From contig CBDCNQ010000002.1 of the NCBI GenBank assembly GCA_965219445.1, positions 32,001 to 96,000 of the forward strand: a DNA stretch of 64,000 nt, written 5' to 3'. The notes under the pieces were generated by a model, which saw only the letters and a program-made list of their open reading frames with translations, had not been told where the DNA came from and made no database searches. Of this stretch, positions 48,883-59,579 are shown piece by piece. The position numbers were made by a program, and so were the translations under genes. This DNA comes from Longimicrobiales bacterium (lineage in GTDB: Bacteria; Gemmatimonadota; Gemmatimonadetes; Longimicrobiales; Gaopeijiaceae). The first letter of the stretch is position 1. Every line of letters starts with the position of its first letter.

Positions 48883-50451
48883 ATGAACGATGACAGCAGC
48901 GAGGGGAGCTTCCGTACCGGCAGCGGAATCGAAGTCGATGCTGTTTACGGGGCCGAGGCGGGTGATGCGGAGGCGTCCGGGAAGCCCGGCGAATTCCCGT
49001 TCACCCGAGGCATCTACCCGGACATGTACCGGGGCCGCCTGTGGACCATGCGGCAATATGCCGGGTTTGGGACGGCGGGAGAGACCAACCAGCGGTACCG
49101 CTACCTCCTGACCCAGGGCACCACCGGTCTGTCGGTGGCCTTCGATCTCCCCACACAGATGGGGTTCGACTCAGACCATCCCATCGCGCGAGGCGAGGTT
49201 GGACGGGTCGGGGTGGCGATCGACACCATCGAAGACATGCGTGCTCTCTTCGACGGGATCGCGCTCGATCAAGTGTCCACGTCGATGACGATCAACTCGA
49301 CGGCAGCCATCCTTTTGGCGCTGTACCTCGCCGTGGGAGACGAGACGGGCGTGGGGAGGAGCACACTGTCCGGCACGGTCCAGAACGACGTGCTCAAGGA
49401 GTACGTCGCTCGAGGCACGTACATCTATCCGGTCGATCCCAGCCTCAGGCTGGCTACGGATCTCGTGGCCTTCTGTGCCCGAGAGGTACCGCAGTGGAAT
49501 CCGATCTCGATCTCGGGTTATCACATCCGCGAGGCCGGCTCCACAGCCCCACAGGAGGTCGCGTTCACGTTGGCCAACGGACTCGCTTACGTCGAGAGGG
49601 TGCTGGCTGCCGGAGTTCCGCTGGAGGATTTCGCGCCGCGTCTTTCCTTCTTCTTCGCGGCGCACAGTGACCTCCTTGAAGAAATCGCGAAATTCAGGGC
49701 TGCACGCCGCCTATGGGCCCGGCTCATGAAGGAGCGCTTCGGCGCCTCGGATCGGTCGTGCCGACTGCGTTTTCATACGCAGACGGGCGGGTCGACTCTG
49801 ACGGCTCAGCAACCGCTCAACAACGTCGTTCGCGTGACGATCCAGGCCCTGGCGGCTGCGCTGGGAGGGACTCAATCCTTGCACACGAACGGTTTCGACG
49901 AAGCCCTGGCCCTCCCGACCGAAGGCGCCGCCAAGCTCGCTCTTCGCACACAACAAATCTTGGCCCACGAATCGGGAATTACGAAGACGGTGGATCCCAT
50001 CGCCGGCAGCTATTACGTGGAAGCCCTTACTGACGCAATCGAAGAGGGTGCTTGTGCCGATATGGACAAGATCGAGGCCCTAGGCGGAGCACCGAATGCC
50101 ATCGAGTTCATGCAGGGCGAGATCCATGAGTCCGCGTACCGTCACCAGATGGAGATCGAAGAGAACGAGCGCCGGGTGGTGGGCGTGAACGTTTTCGAGG
50201 AGGAGGAGGAAGCGACGTCGGTCCTGAGCCCCGATTTTTCGGGGCTGGAGGCGGACCAAAGGCGCGGACTGGAGGCCTTTAAGGCACTGCGAGACTCTGG
50301 AAACGCCTCGCAGGCGCTCGAAGGGGTTCGATCCGCTGCCCGGGCGACCGAGAACTTGATGCCACCGATGATCGAGGCGGTGAAAGCTTCGGCCACGCTA
50401 GGTGAGATCAGCGAGGTGCTGCGGGAGGAATGGGGGACGCACGACGAATAG
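48883..50451 (+). CDS. Methylmalonyl-CoA mutase, substrate-binding subunit (no B12-binding domain)
   Basis: [46 protein letters not shown]; no DxHxxG motif. Confidence 0.9.
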   Translation: MNDDSSEGSFRTGSGIEVDAVYGAEAGDAEASGKPGEFPFTRGIYPDMYRGRLWTMRQYAGFGTAGETNQRYRYLLTQGTTGLSVAFDLPTQMGFDSDHPIARGEVGRVGVAIDTIEDMRALFDGIALDQVSTSMTINSTAAILLALYLAVGDETGVGRSTLSGTVQNDVLKEYVARGTYIYPVDPSLRLATDLVAFCAREVPQWNPISISGYHIREAGSTAPQEVAFTLANGLAYVERVLAAGVPLEDFAPRLSFFFAAHSDLLEEIAKFRAARRLWARLMKERFGASDRSCRLRFHTQTGGSTLTAQQPLNNVVRVTIQALAAALGGTQSLHTNGFDEALALPTEGAAKLALRTQQILAHESGITKTVDPIAGSYYVEALTDAIEEGACADMDKIEALGGAPNAIEFMQGEIHESAYRHQMEIEENERRVVGVNVFEEEEEATSVLSPDFSGLEADQRRGLEAFKALRDSGNASQALEGVRSAARATENLMPPMIEAVKASATLGEISEVLREEWGTHDE

Positions 50452-50585
50452 TGTCCTGAGTCATCACAGCCGTTACCTTTCACCGCTGTTGGGCCCAGAC
50501 CGCTGTCGTTCCAACTCCGCGGTCGTGCGCCACCACGGCTGCTGTACCGGCCATTTGCCGAATCACCGATTGACGCGAATCCAAG

Positions 50586-51020
50586 ATGCCCACGTACGAG
50601 TATCGTTGCCCGAAGGGACATGAATTCGAGCTGTTTCAGCGTATGTCCGATGAGCCCCGGGCGGCCTGTCCGGAATGCGGAGAAATCGCGGAGCGTCTAT
50701 TGTCCGGTGGGGCCGGCCTGATCTTCAAGGGTGAGGGGTTCTATATCACGGACTACCGGAGTGAAGAGTATAAGAAGGCGGCTTCGTCCGATAAGGAAGC
50801 GGCTCCCGAAAAGGTAGCGAGTGGTTCCAGCGGAGACCCCGGGGGAGGAGCATCCAGCGCGGGAGCCCGGGAGGCGTCCAGCGCGGAAGCCGGTTCGTCC
50901 GACGGGGGCGGCGGCAGCTCCGACGTGGGTGCGAGCGAGTCGAAGGGCGCTTCCTCTGATGCATCGGCGGGTGAATCAAAGTCCTCTGACGTCGGCAAGT
51001 CCCCCTCCTCGGACACCTGA
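50586..51020 (+). CDS. FmdB-family zinc-ribbon protein with Ser/Gly-rich tail
   Basis: MPTYEYRCPKGHEFE..CPECG..FKGEGFYITDY. Confidence 0.88.
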   Translation: MPTYEYRCPKGHEFELFQRMSDEPRAACPECGEIAERLLSGGAGLIFKGEGFYITDYRSEEYKKAASSDKEAAPEKVASGSSGDPGGGASSAGAREASSAEAGSSDGGGGSSDVGASESKGASSDASAGESKSSDVGKSPSSDT

Positions 51021-51045
51021 TCGGGGCCGGGACGGCTGAGATTTC

Positions 51046-52737
51046 ATGTCTGAAGAAGCCATTAGGCAAGCGGTCCAGGGGGCTCTCAGCGGGATGGGAG
51101 TGGAGGAGGTCGATGTGCGCCTCGAACAACCCAAGGATCCCACCCATGGTGATCTGGCGACCACCATCGCCCTGACGCTGGCGAAAACACTGGAGCGGCC
51201 GCCGCGCGAGATTGCAGAGGAGATCGCCTCCCGGATCGACACCGAGGGCTCCGGCATCGAGTCCGTGAGCGTGGCCGGGCCGGGCTTCTTGAACTTCAAG
51301 CTCAGCTCCGGGCAGGTCGCGTCCGGACTCGTGGAGATCATTGCCGCGGATGACGATTACGGGCGATGCGATGAAGGCGGCGGGGAATCGATGGTGGTCG
51401 AGTTCGTCTCGGCCAATCCGACGGGGCCGTTGCACCTCGGGCACGGACGACAGGGCGCAATCGGAGACGCGATTGCGGGGCTACTCGACTGGACCGGATG
51501 GTCCGTGAGCCGGGAGTACTATTACAACGATACCGGAGCCCAAATCGATCGCCTTGCCGAAAGTGTTTGGGCCCGGTATCAGCAGCGATTTGGGCGGGAC
51601 TCGGAGATTCCGGAGGGGGGATACCAGGGGGAGTACGTCGCTGAAATCGGGGCGGGCTTGGCGGAGGAATATGGGGATCGCTTCGTAGGAGAGCAGGACG
51701 AAGAGGCGTTGGAGATCATGCGGAAGACCGCGGTGCGCACTCTTCGTGAGGAGCAGGACAGGGACCTCTCCGATTTCCGCGTTCACTTCGACGTATACTT
51801 CCTGGAGTCATCCCTATACGAGGACGGTCGGGTGGACGCCACCGTCCGAGCCCTCCGAGAGACCGGCAAAGTCTTCGATCTCGACGGGGCAGTCTGGCTT
51901 CGTACGACGGAGTATGGAGACCAGAAGGATCGTGTCATGATCAAGAGCGATGGATCTCCGACCTACTTCCTTCCCGATGTGGCTTACCACATGGACAAGT
52001 GGGGGCGTGACTTCCATCACGCCATCAATGTCCAAGGGGCCGATCACCATGGAACCGTTGCACGTGTGCAGGCAGGGGTACAGGCGCTCGGGTTGCCAGC
52101 AGGGTACCCGGAATACGTGCTCCATCAGATGGTTCGGGTCGAGCGAGACGGCGAAGAGGTGAAGTTCTCGAAGAGGTCGGGCTCGTACACGACGCTTCGG
52201 GATCTCATGACGGAAGTGGGGGTGGACGTCACGCGATATTTCTTCCAGATGAGGAAACCGGATGGGCATCTTGTCTTCGATCTGGGTCTCGCCCTGGACC
52301 AGTCAGACAAGAATCCGGTGTACAAGGTGCAGTACGCGCACGCACGCATGTGCAGCATCTTCAACAAAGCCGGCTTGGAGCGGTCATCCGTGGGCGCGGA
52401 AAGCGTCGACCTGTCGGTGCTCACTACGGACGCCGAGCGGGAGGTCATCAAAGCACTCGTGCAATTCCCGGATCTGATCCGCAACGCGGCACGCCTGCGG
52501 GCGCCCCACTTGATCTGTGACTATTTGGAGCAGACGGCGGGGGCGGTCAATTCATGGTATCATGCGGGCAACCCGAGCCGGAACCCGGAGTTGGCGGTGC
52601 TTGTGGAGGATGCGAACCTTCGCAGCGCACGGCTCGTCTTCGCCCGTTCGGTACAGATCGTGCTTCGAAACGGACTGACTGTCCTGGGCATCGCGGCTCC
52701 CGAGCAGATGACTCGGGATGACGACGCAGCCGGATAG
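51046..52737 (+). CDS. argS: Arginine--tRNA ligase
   Basis: AGPGFLNF, EFVSANPTGPLHLGHGR, GADHHG, FSKRSG, VQYAHAR. Confidence 0.97.
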   Translation: MSEEAIRQAVQGALSGMGVEEVDVRLEQPKDPTHGDLATTIALTLAKTLERPPREIAEEIASRIDTEGSGIESVSVAGPGFLNFKLSSGQVASGLVEIIAADDDYGRCDEGGGESMVVEFVSANPTGPLHLGHGRQGAIGDAIAGLLDWTGWSVSREYYYNDTGAQIDRLAESVWARYQQRFGRDSEIPEGGYQGEYVAEIGAGLAEEYGDRFVGEQDEEALEIMRKTAVRTLREEQDRDLSDFRVHFDVYFLESSLYEDGRVDATVRALRETGKVFDLDGAVWLRTTEYGDQKDRVMIKSDGSPTYFLPDVAYHMDKWGRDFHHAINVQGADHHGTVARVQAGVQALGLPAGYPEYVLHQMVRVERDGEEVKFSKRSGSYTTLRDLMTEVGVDVTRYFFQMRKPDGHLVFDLGLALDQSDKNPVYKVQYAHARMCSIFNKAGLERSSVGAESVDLSVLTTDAEREVIKALVQFPDLIRNAARLRAPHLICDYLEQTAGAVNSWYHAGNPSRNPELAVLVEDANLRSARLVFARSVQIVLRNGLTVLGIAAPEQMTRDDDAAG

Positions 52738-52745
52738 GGGGAGGG

Positions 52746-53672
52746 ATGTCGATCTTGGTGGTGGGAAGCGTGGCTCTCGACTCGGTGGAAACGCCGTTCG
52801 GCTCCGCAGACCGCGTGATTGGTGGATCAGCCGTGTTTTTCGCAGCGGCCTCGAGCCTCCTGTGTCCGGTTCGCCTCGTGGCTGTCGTCGGAGACGACTA
52901 TCCGTTCGAGAAACTGGATTTCCTCACTGAGCGTGGCGCAGACCTCACGGGGGTGGAACGGGCCGAGGGCGAGAGCTTTTTCTGGGCCGGGCGGTATGCG
53001 TATGACCTGAACTCGAGGGACACCCTCGAGACCCGCCTGGGCGTGTTCGGTGACTTCAAACCGTCCGTCCCGGATGCGTTTCGGGATTCGCGGTACGTTT
53101 TCCTGGGTAATATCGATCCCGTGCTCCAGCTCGAGGTACTCAATCAGGTCCGAGAACCGTCGGCTGTCATCTGTGACACCATGAACTACTGGATCGAGGG
53201 GAGTCGTGAGGCCCTCGTCGAGCTCCTGAGCCGGGTCGACATTCTGATGGTCAACGACGCAGAGGCACGGCAGCTCGCGGGAGATCACAATCTGGTCCAG
53301 GCGGCGCGCTGGATACAGGAACGCGGCCCACGCTACGTTGTGGTGAAGAAGGGTGAGCATGGAGCCATTCTCTTCGGGCCGGATTGGATGTTCTTCGTGC
53401 CGGGGTTCCCTTTGGAGGTGATCTTCGACCCCACCGGGGCCGGAGATTCCTTCGCGGGTGGCTTCGTGGGGTACATGGCCTCCGTCGACTCTCAGGAGCC
53501 CCACGATCTACGGCGGGCCATGGTTTACGGGTCGGCCATGGGCTCGTTCGCGGTCGAGAGTTTCAGCGTCGATCGGTTCCGTTCGCTCAACGAGAGCGAG
53601 ATCCTGCACCGGATCCTGGAATTCAGGGAGATAACGGCGTTCGAGCATCAACTGGTGGAGTCGGATGGCTGA
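52746..53672 (+). CDS. PfkB-family carbohydrate/nucleoside kinase
   Basis: VGSVALD, GGSA, KKGEHG, DPTGAGDSFAGG. Confidence 0.9.
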   Translation: MSILVVGSVALDSVETPFGSADRVIGGSAVFFAAASSLLCPVRLVAVVGDDYPFEKLDFLTERGADLTGVERAEGESFFWAGRYAYDLNSRDTLETRLGVFGDFKPSVPDAFRDSRYVFLGNIDPVLQLEVLNQVREPSAVICDTMNYWIEGSREALVELLSRVDILMVNDAEARQLAGDHNLVQAARWIQERGPRYVVVKKGEHGAILFGPDWMFFVPGFPLEVIFDPTGAGDSFAGGFVGYMASVDSQEPHDLRRAMVYGSAMGSFAVESFSVDRFRSLNESEILHRILEFREITAFEHQLVESDG

Positions 53673-54699
53673 GCCGCGTGCGTTGAGCTATCGCTCAGCG
53701 GGGGTGGATCTGGACGCTGCCGAGCGAGCGAAGGAGGGCCTGAGATCGTTGGTGGCATCCACCGGCGACGAGCATACTCTGTCGGCGCTCGGTCAGTTCG
53801 GTGGCCTTTATGCCGTACCCGGTGACGTGGAAAGCCCTGTGCTCGTTTCGAGCGCGGATGGTGTGGGGACCAAGCTCAAGGTTGCCTTCTTGGCGGGTCG
53901 GCACGACACCGTGGGCCGTGATCTCGTGAACCACTGTGTCGACGACGTCCTGGTGCAAGGAGCCCGGCCCTTGTTCTTCCTGGACTATCTCGCATGCGGC
54001 ACCATGGACGAGTCGGTCGTGAACGAGGTCGTGGGCGGTGTAGCGAAAGCGTGCAGGGAGAACGGGTGCGCGCTCCTTGGCGGAGAGACCGCTCAGATGC
54101 GTGAGTTCTATGCCAAGGACGAATACGATCTGGCTGGGTTCATCGTGGGGGTCGTGGAGCGCGACAGGATACTGGATGGCTCCCGTGTCCGTGCCGGAGA
54201 TGTCTTGATCGGGCTTGGGTCGACCGGCCTCCATACCAACGGATACACGTTGGCGAGGAAGATCGTCTTCGAGTCGATGGGGTTGGCGATCGATGACGAG
54301 TTTCCCGAGTCCGCACGCTCGGTGGCGGATGTCCTCTTGGACGTTCATCGAAGCTATCTGCCCGTCTTGTCCGAGGCCCTGAACGCCGGACGTGTGCGTG
54401 GGCTGGCTCACATCACCGGTGGCGGTATCCCGGGCAATCTACCCCGAACGCTCGGCTCCGAGCTCGGTGCGGTCATCGACCTCATGTCTTGGGACGTGCC
54501 CCACGTGTTTCGCGTGCTCGAGGAGGCGGGAGGTGTCGAACGGGACGAGATGCTGCGTGTGTTCAACATGGGTGTGGGCATGATCGCGCTGGTTGCACCC
54601 GAGGGCGTCGACGAGGTCCTCGAGGGCTTGAGCCAAGGCGATTGTCCAGCGTGGGTCATGGGAGAGGTGGAGACCGGAGAGGGCGTGCGGTGGGCGTGA
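53665..54699 (+). CDS. purM: AIR synthase
   Basis: YRSAGVD, DGVGTK, PLFFLDY, GGETA, GLHTNGY, AHITGGG, FNMGVG. Confidence 0.96.
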   Translation: MAEPRALSYRSAGVDLDAAERAKEGLRSLVASTGDEHTLSALGQFGGLYAVPGDVESPVLVSSADGVGTKLKVAFLAGRHDTVGRDLVNHCVDDVLVQGARPLFFLDYLACGTMDESVVNEVVGGVAKACRENGCALLGGETAQMREFYAKDEYDLAGFIVGVVERDRILDGSRVRAGDVLIGLGSTGLHTNGYTLARKIVFESMGLAIDDEFPESARSVADVLLDVHRSYLPVLSEALNAGRVRGLAHITGGGIPGNLPRTLGSELGAVIDLMSWDVPHVFRVLEEAGGVERDEMLRVFNMGVGMIALVAPEGVDEVLEGLSQGDCPAWVMGEVETGEGVRWA

Positions 54700-55664
54700 G
54701 GGCCAGGCATACAGCGTTCTGCTTCCTGGCCCTTTCGTGGTATTGCGGGCCCGCCACGGCGCAGGATCTCACGCCGCTGGTCGACCAATGTGCGTCGGGC
54801 GGATCGGCGGAGTTACTTACGTCCTGCCAAAGTGCTGTACTGGCGATACAGGCCGTTCGTGGTGGAATCGGCTTGGCCGATGTCGCGGGTGCCGACCTTG
54901 CGGGGGCGTCGAGCACCATCGGAAGGCGGCTGGGAAGCGCGCCCAGGGTGAGTTTGGACCTGCGCCTCCGGATGGCGCGCTTCGCTATGCCCGACATCCT
55001 TGGAGGAGGCACAGGCGTCGCGGGAGAGAACACGATCAACGGATACGGGATCAAGGGTTCGGTAGCGGTCGGCCTTCTGGACGGGTTTTCCTTAATGCCG
55101 ACCGTGGGTGGGCTGCTATCCCTCGACCTTCTCGGGTCCGCGAGCCTCATTCTCCTTGGAGAGTCGGACGGCTTCTTGGGCGATGAGGGCATAGTTTCGG
55201 TCGGTGGGCGGCTCGGGATCTTCCGCGAGTCGTTCACTATGCCTGGCCTCACTCTGTCTGTGTTGCGGTCCTTTGGACAGAGCGTGGAGTGGGGCGCCGC
55301 TGCCGTGAGCGGGTCCCAGATGGATACCGACATCTCGACCACCGCGGTGCGGGCGATAATCGGAAAAGACTTCTTCACGCTCGCTGTCTTTGGAGGCTTG
55401 GGATGGAATTGGGACCAAGGTGAAATGGGCGTCCAAGTGTCGGATCCCACAATCCCGGGGGGACGGGGGATCGGCCGCGTGGGCGACCTGACGACCCGAC
55501 GATCCGTATACTTCGCGGGCGTGTCGATCACGAGGCTCGTGTTCCAGTTTTCGCTCGAGGGGGGATTGGCCAGAGGATACGATGGACTTGCCGGTTACTC
55601 GGGCGCGTACGATCCCGGTGCGATCACGCCGTTCGCCAGCGTGGCGGGCCGACTCACGATCTGA
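54696..55664 (+). CDS. Hypothetical exported protein, probable beta-barrel
   Basis: GTG overlapping the purM stop; signal peptide; alternating hydrophobic strands ending VAGRLTI. Confidence 0.65.
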   Translation: MRARHTAFCFLALSWYCGPATAQDLTPLVDQCASGGSAELLTSCQSAVLAIQAVRGGIGLADVAGADLAGASSTIGRRLGSAPRVSLDLRLRMARFAMPDILGGGTGVAGENTINGYGIKGSVAVGLLDGFSLMPTVGGLLSLDLLGSASLILLGESDGFLGDEGIVSVGGRLGIFRESFTMPGLTLSVLRSFGQSVEWGAAAVSGSQMDTDISTTAVRAIIGKDFFTLAVFGGLGWNWDQGEMGVQVSDPTIPGGRGIGRVGDLTTRRSVYFAGVSITRLVFQFSLEGGLARGYDGLAGYSGAYDPGAITPFASVAGRLTI

Positions 55665-55665
55665 C

Positions 55666-56772
55666 ATGTCTCTGACCGAGTCGGACCGGGAGTGGCTTCA
55701 GCGGGCCGCCTCCCTGGCGGGTCGGGGGTGGGGTCGGGTGCATCCCAATCCGATGGTCGGGTGCGTTCTGACGCGTGATGGACAGCTCGTGGGGGAGGGA
55801 TGGCACGAGGAATTCGGCGGTCCGCACGCGGAAGTGAACGCGATCCACTCCGCGGGAGATTCCGCCCGTGGCGCTACCGCATACGTGAGCCTGGAGCCGT
55901 GTAGCCATCACGGTAAGACACCCCCGTGTTCGGAATTACTGGTGGAGGCCGGAGTAACTCGGGTGGTCTTCGGGGCTGCCGATCCGGGCCAGGTGACGGG
56001 GGGAGGGGCCGAGCTCCTAGGGCAGGCGGGGGTCGAGGTCGTCGGCCCGGTGGCCGACGTTCGGACGTTCTACGACGTCGATCCTGGGTTTTTCTATACA
56101 TCGACGTACCGGCGACCGTACGTCGCCGTGAAATTGGCGGTGAGTTTGGACGGGCGGATCGCCGCTCGGGCCGGTGAGCGGACCCTCCTCACGGGTGACG
56201 AAGCGAACAGAGAAGTCCATCGTCTCAGAAGCGGATTCGATGCAGTGTTGGTCGGCGGCGAGACCGCCCGTGTCGATGATCCCTTGTTGACCGTGCGATA
56301 CGGCTTGGACCCCCGGATTCCGCCCAGGCGTATCGTATTGGACCCGAGGGCTGCTCTGTCACCGGATGCGTCCGTGTTCGCTTCCGGCAGCGAAGCATCA
56401 GCCCTGATTTTCGCGACCGAAGCCGCTCCGGCCGAGCGCGTCGAGGCACTGAGCGATGTCGGGGCCCAGGTGGAAATCGTGGCGCAAGGGGGCGGGGGAG
56501 CGAACCTGGAAAAGATGCTCGAGCGGTGTTGGCATCTCGGTCTTCGGTCTGTTTTCTGCGAGGGTGGGGGGAGATTGGCCACGGCGCTTACACGTGAGGG
56601 ATTGGCCCAGCGGCTTTATCTTTTCCAGGCACCAGTGACCCTCGGGTCTCAAGGTGTTCCGGCGTTTGGGAGCCAGAACTCGACGCCCGAGGACATGGGC
56701 TGGTCGAGTAGGGGCGACCCGATCCGATTCGGACCCGACGTTCTAATCACTTACGACTATGAAGGCTGTTGA
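55666..56772 (+). CDS. ribD: Riboflavin biosynthesis deaminase/reductase
   Basis: PNPMVG, HAE, LEPCSHHGKTPPC, SLDGRIA, DDPLLT, EGG. Confidence 0.95.
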   Translation: MSLTESDREWLQRAASLAGRGWGRVHPNPMVGCVLTRDGQLVGEGWHEEFGGPHAEVNAIHSAGDSARGATAYVSLEPCSHHGKTPPCSELLVEAGVTRVVFGAADPGQVTGGGAELLGQAGVEVVGPVADVRTFYDVDPGFFYTSTYRRPYVAVKLAVSLDGRIAARAGERTLLTGDEANREVHRLRSGFDAVLVGGETARVDDPLLTVRYGLDPRIPPRRIVLDPRAALSPDASVFASGSEASALIFATEAAPAERVEALSDVGAQVEIVAQGGGGANLEKMLERCWHLGLRSVFCEGGGRLATALTREGLAQRLYLFQAPVTLGSQGVPAFGSQNSTPEDMGWSSRGDPIRFGPDVLITYDYEGC

Positions 56773-57062
56773 AGGAGTACAGTGGGTTGCGCACAGGGCG
56801 CTTGTGCGCGTTCAGACAACGAACGACGACGAGGCGTAGCAGCGCTACGGCGAGGAGGAGAGACGCAGGATCAACCGCACAACCGCCCTGTGCCCTCCAC
56901 CATTTATGACATAAGCTTACACGTTGATGGGTTGCGGTGGCACGACCCCATCTCCGTTGTTGGAGTTCCTAGCCATAGCTAAGGCTATGGCGTCGTCGCT
57001 CCGCCTAGGGTCTGGGGCCGTGGCATCGCAACGCGGCCCACTGTACCTCTTCAACAGCCTTC
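56761..57062. repeat. 302-bp structured element with terminal inverted repeats, copy 2
   Basis: Colinear diverged homolog of 33418-33720; its left end supplies the ribD stop codon. Confidence 0.9.
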
Positions 57063-57072
57063 CGGAGGCCTG

Positions 57073-57669
57073 ATGTTCAGCGGGATCGTAGAGGAGGTGG
57101 GAACCGTACGGGCCACGCGCGAGATGGACGGCGCCCGTGGATTGGAGATCGATGCTAAGCTCGTCCTTGAGGATCTCCAGCCTGGCGCTTCCGTCTCTCT
57201 CGACGGAGCCTGTCACACCGTGGCGGAGGTCATGGCCGAGGGCTTCACGGTCAACAGTGTGGGGACGACACTCTCTCGGACCGTAGCGGGAGATTACAGT
57301 GAAGGGAGCCCCGTCAATCTTGAACGGGCCGTCGCCGTGGGAACGCGCTTGGACGGACACCTCGTTCAAGGCCACATCGACGCTGTGGGGGATTTGATCG
57401 GTGTCGAGGACAAGGGGGAGTATCGTCTCCTCGACTTCAAGATTCCGGCGGATGTGGCATCGGGGACCATCCTCCACGGATCAATCGCCCTGAACGGTGT
57501 CAGTCTTACGGTCAACGCGATCTCGGACGACCACATCTGTCAGGTGGCCGTGGTCCCTTACACTTGGGAGCATACCAACCTCAGCATGCTTGAATCCGGC
57601 GCGCGGGTGAACGTCGAGGGTGACTTGATCGGGAAGTACGTTCGGAGGCTGCTTTCCGACCGTTCCTGA
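57073..57669 (+). CDS. ribE: Riboflavin synthase
   Basis: MFSGIV, VNLERA, GHLVQGHID, GSIALNGVSLTV. Confidence 0.94.
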   Translation: MFSGIVEEVGTVRATREMDGARGLEIDAKLVLEDLQPGASVSLDGACHTVAEVMAEGFTVNSVGTTLSRTVAGDYSEGSPVNLERAVAVGTRLDGHLVQGHIDAVGDLIGVEDKGEYRLLDFKIPADVASGTILHGSIALNGVSLTVNAISDDHICQVAVVPYTWEHTNLSMLESGARVNVEGDLIGKYVRRLLSDRS

Positions 57670-57712
57670 GGGCGCTACTTGCTGGCATGGTCCTTCCGGA
57701 AGCCCTCACCAC

Positions 57713-57721
57713 TGATATAAT
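57713..57721 (+). promoter_or_regulatory. Extended -10 element upstream of ribBA
   Basis: TGATATAAT (TGn-TATAAT) in a GC-rich intergenic region about 80 nt before the start. Confidence 0.5.
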
Positions 57722-57801
57722 GTCTGTACGGCGAAGCGCACGCTGCCGTAGGCTGACGTCGTGCGTACTGGAGCCATCGTAGCGGGAAGGAGCGTCTGGC
57801 C

Positions 57802-59049
57802 ATGCCGTTCGATTCCATCGAACAGGCCCTAAAGGACATTCGTCAGGGCAAACTCATCATCGTCGCCGACGACGAGGATCGCGAAAACGAGGGAGACCTG
57901 GTTTGCGCGGCTTCGCTCGTAACGCCCGAGACGGTGAACTTCATGACCCAGTTCGGCCGGGGCCTCATTTGCGTTGCGCTGACACAGCCCCGTGCGACGG
58001 CGTTGGGTCTTCCGTTGATGACCGATGAGAACTCTGACCCGCAGGGGACCGCCTTCACGATTTCTGTGGACGCCCACCGACGGTTCGGCGTGACAACAGG
58101 AATCAGCGCTCATGATCGAGCCAAGACGATCGAGGTCTTGGTGGATCCCGAGACCGAGCCCGGTGACCTCAGGCGTCCGGGACACATCTTTCCCCTCAAG
58201 GCCCGCCCGGGTGGCGTCCTTCGTCGCGTGGGTCAGACGGAGGCTGCGGTGGACCTGGCACGCATGGCCGGGCTGCCTCCAGTTGGGGTGATCTGTGAGA
58301 TCCTCAATCCCGATGGGACAATGGCGCGCCGCCCCCAGTTGGAGTTGTACGCGCAGGAGCACGGCCTTTCGTTCATCACGGTGGCCCAGCTTGTGGCGCA
58401 CCGACTCGCGAAGGAACGCCTGGTTACACGTGTGGCGGAGGCGAATCTGCCGACCGAGTTCGGACCGTTTCGTATCATCGCCTACCAGAGTCCGATCGAT
58501 GACCGGGAGCACATCGCGCTCGTAAAGGGTGACATCGAGGGTGATGTGGAGGACATCGACGACGGTGCGATCGAGGGTGACGCCAAGAGTGACGCGGACG
58601 TACTCGTTCGTATGCACTCGGAATGTCTGACGGGTGATGTGTTCGGCTCGCTTCGTTGCGATTGCGGCTCGCAGTTGAGGGCTGCGCTCAAGCAGATTTC
58701 CGAGAGAGGCCGGGGGGTTATCGTTTATCTGAAGCAGGAGGGCCGGGGGATAGGCCTGCACAACAAGATTCGTGCGTATGAATTACAGGACCAGGGTCAC
58801 GACACGGTCGAGGCGAACCAGGCTTTAGGGTTCAAGCCGGATCTGCGGGACTACGGGATTGGCGCACAGATTCTCCTCGATCTCGGGCTAAGCAAGATTT
58901 GCCTTCTGACCAACAATCCACGGAAGATCGTCGGGCTCGAGGGTTACAGTCTCGAGATCACCGGCAGGGAGGCTCTCCGCGTCGGGCGTGGGGAACACAA
59001 TGAGGGTTATCTCGACACGAAGCGATCGAAGTTGGGGCACCTTCTGTAG
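57802..59049 (+). CDS. ribBA: Bifunctional DHBP synthase / GTP cyclohydrolase II
   Basis: [45 protein letters not shown]. Confidence 0.96.
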   Translation: MPFDSIEQALKDIRQGKLIIVADDEDRENEGDLVCAASLVTPETVNFMTQFGRGLICVALTQPRATALGLPLMTDENSDPQGTAFTISVDAHRRFGVTTGISAHDRAKTIEVLVDPETEPGDLRRPGHIFPLKARPGGVLRRVGQTEAAVDLARMAGLPPVGVICEILNPDGTMARRPQLELYAQEHGLSFITVAQLVAHRLAKERLVTRVAEANLPTEFGPFRIIAYQSPIDDREHIALVKGDIEGDVEDIDDGAIEGDAKSDADVLVRMHSECLTGDVFGSLRCDCGSQLRAALKQISERGRGVIVYLKQEGRGIGLHNKIRAYELQDQGHDTVEANQALGFKPDLRDYGIGAQILLDLGLSKICLLTNNPRKIVGLEGYSLEITGREALRVGRGEHNEGYLDTKRSKLGHLL

Positions 59050-59069
59050 GATGCCATAGGACGTCTGAC

Positions 59070-59552
59070 GTGCAAATCGACATCGGCTCGCACCTTCCGG
59101 AACCGACGCCGGCGCCGGGCAGGCGCATCGGGATCCTGGCGGCGCGCTTCAACGGCGATGTGACGGGAGAAATGCTCGAAAGCTGCCGGAGTACCCTCGA
59201 AGAGTTCGGCGTCGAGGCGAACGCGGTGGATGTCTACTGGGTGCCGGGCGCCTGGGAGCTTCCACAGGCGGCCCGGAAGATTGCGGCCCTCAACCGCCAC
59301 GATGCCTTCATTGCTCTAGGATGCGTGATACGAGGGGAAACGCCACACTTCGATTACGTGGCCGGTGAGGCCTCTTCGGGGCTCGGGGCCGTCGCTCGTG
59401 AGATCGATATCCCGCTCTTGTTCGGTGTATTGACGACCGACACACCAGATCAGGCCTGGGCTCGAGCTTCGCGAGAGGCGGGCAACAAGGGGCGTGAACT
59501 CGCGCAGAGCGCGCTTCACATGATCGGCCTTTACGAAGGTCTAGAGGATTAG
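59070..59552 (+). CDS. ribH: Lumazine synthase
   Basis: ARFN, VPGAWELP, GCVIRGETPHFDYV, FGVLT, NKG. Confidence 0.95.
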   Translation: MQIDIGSHLPEPTPAPGRRIGILAARFNGDVTGEMLESCRSTLEEFGVEANAVDVYWVPGAWELPQAARKIAALNRHDAFIALGCVIRGETPHFDYVAGEASSGLGAVAREIDIPLLFGVLTTDTPDQAWARASREAGNKGRELAQSALHMIGLYEGLED

Positions 59553-59579
59553 AGGCCTCATGGCTCGCCCCACTTCTCC

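Noticed and set aside
57670..57801. FMN riboswitch in the rib cluster
   Set aside because: No RFN consensus segments seen here or before ribD; only a small hairpin.
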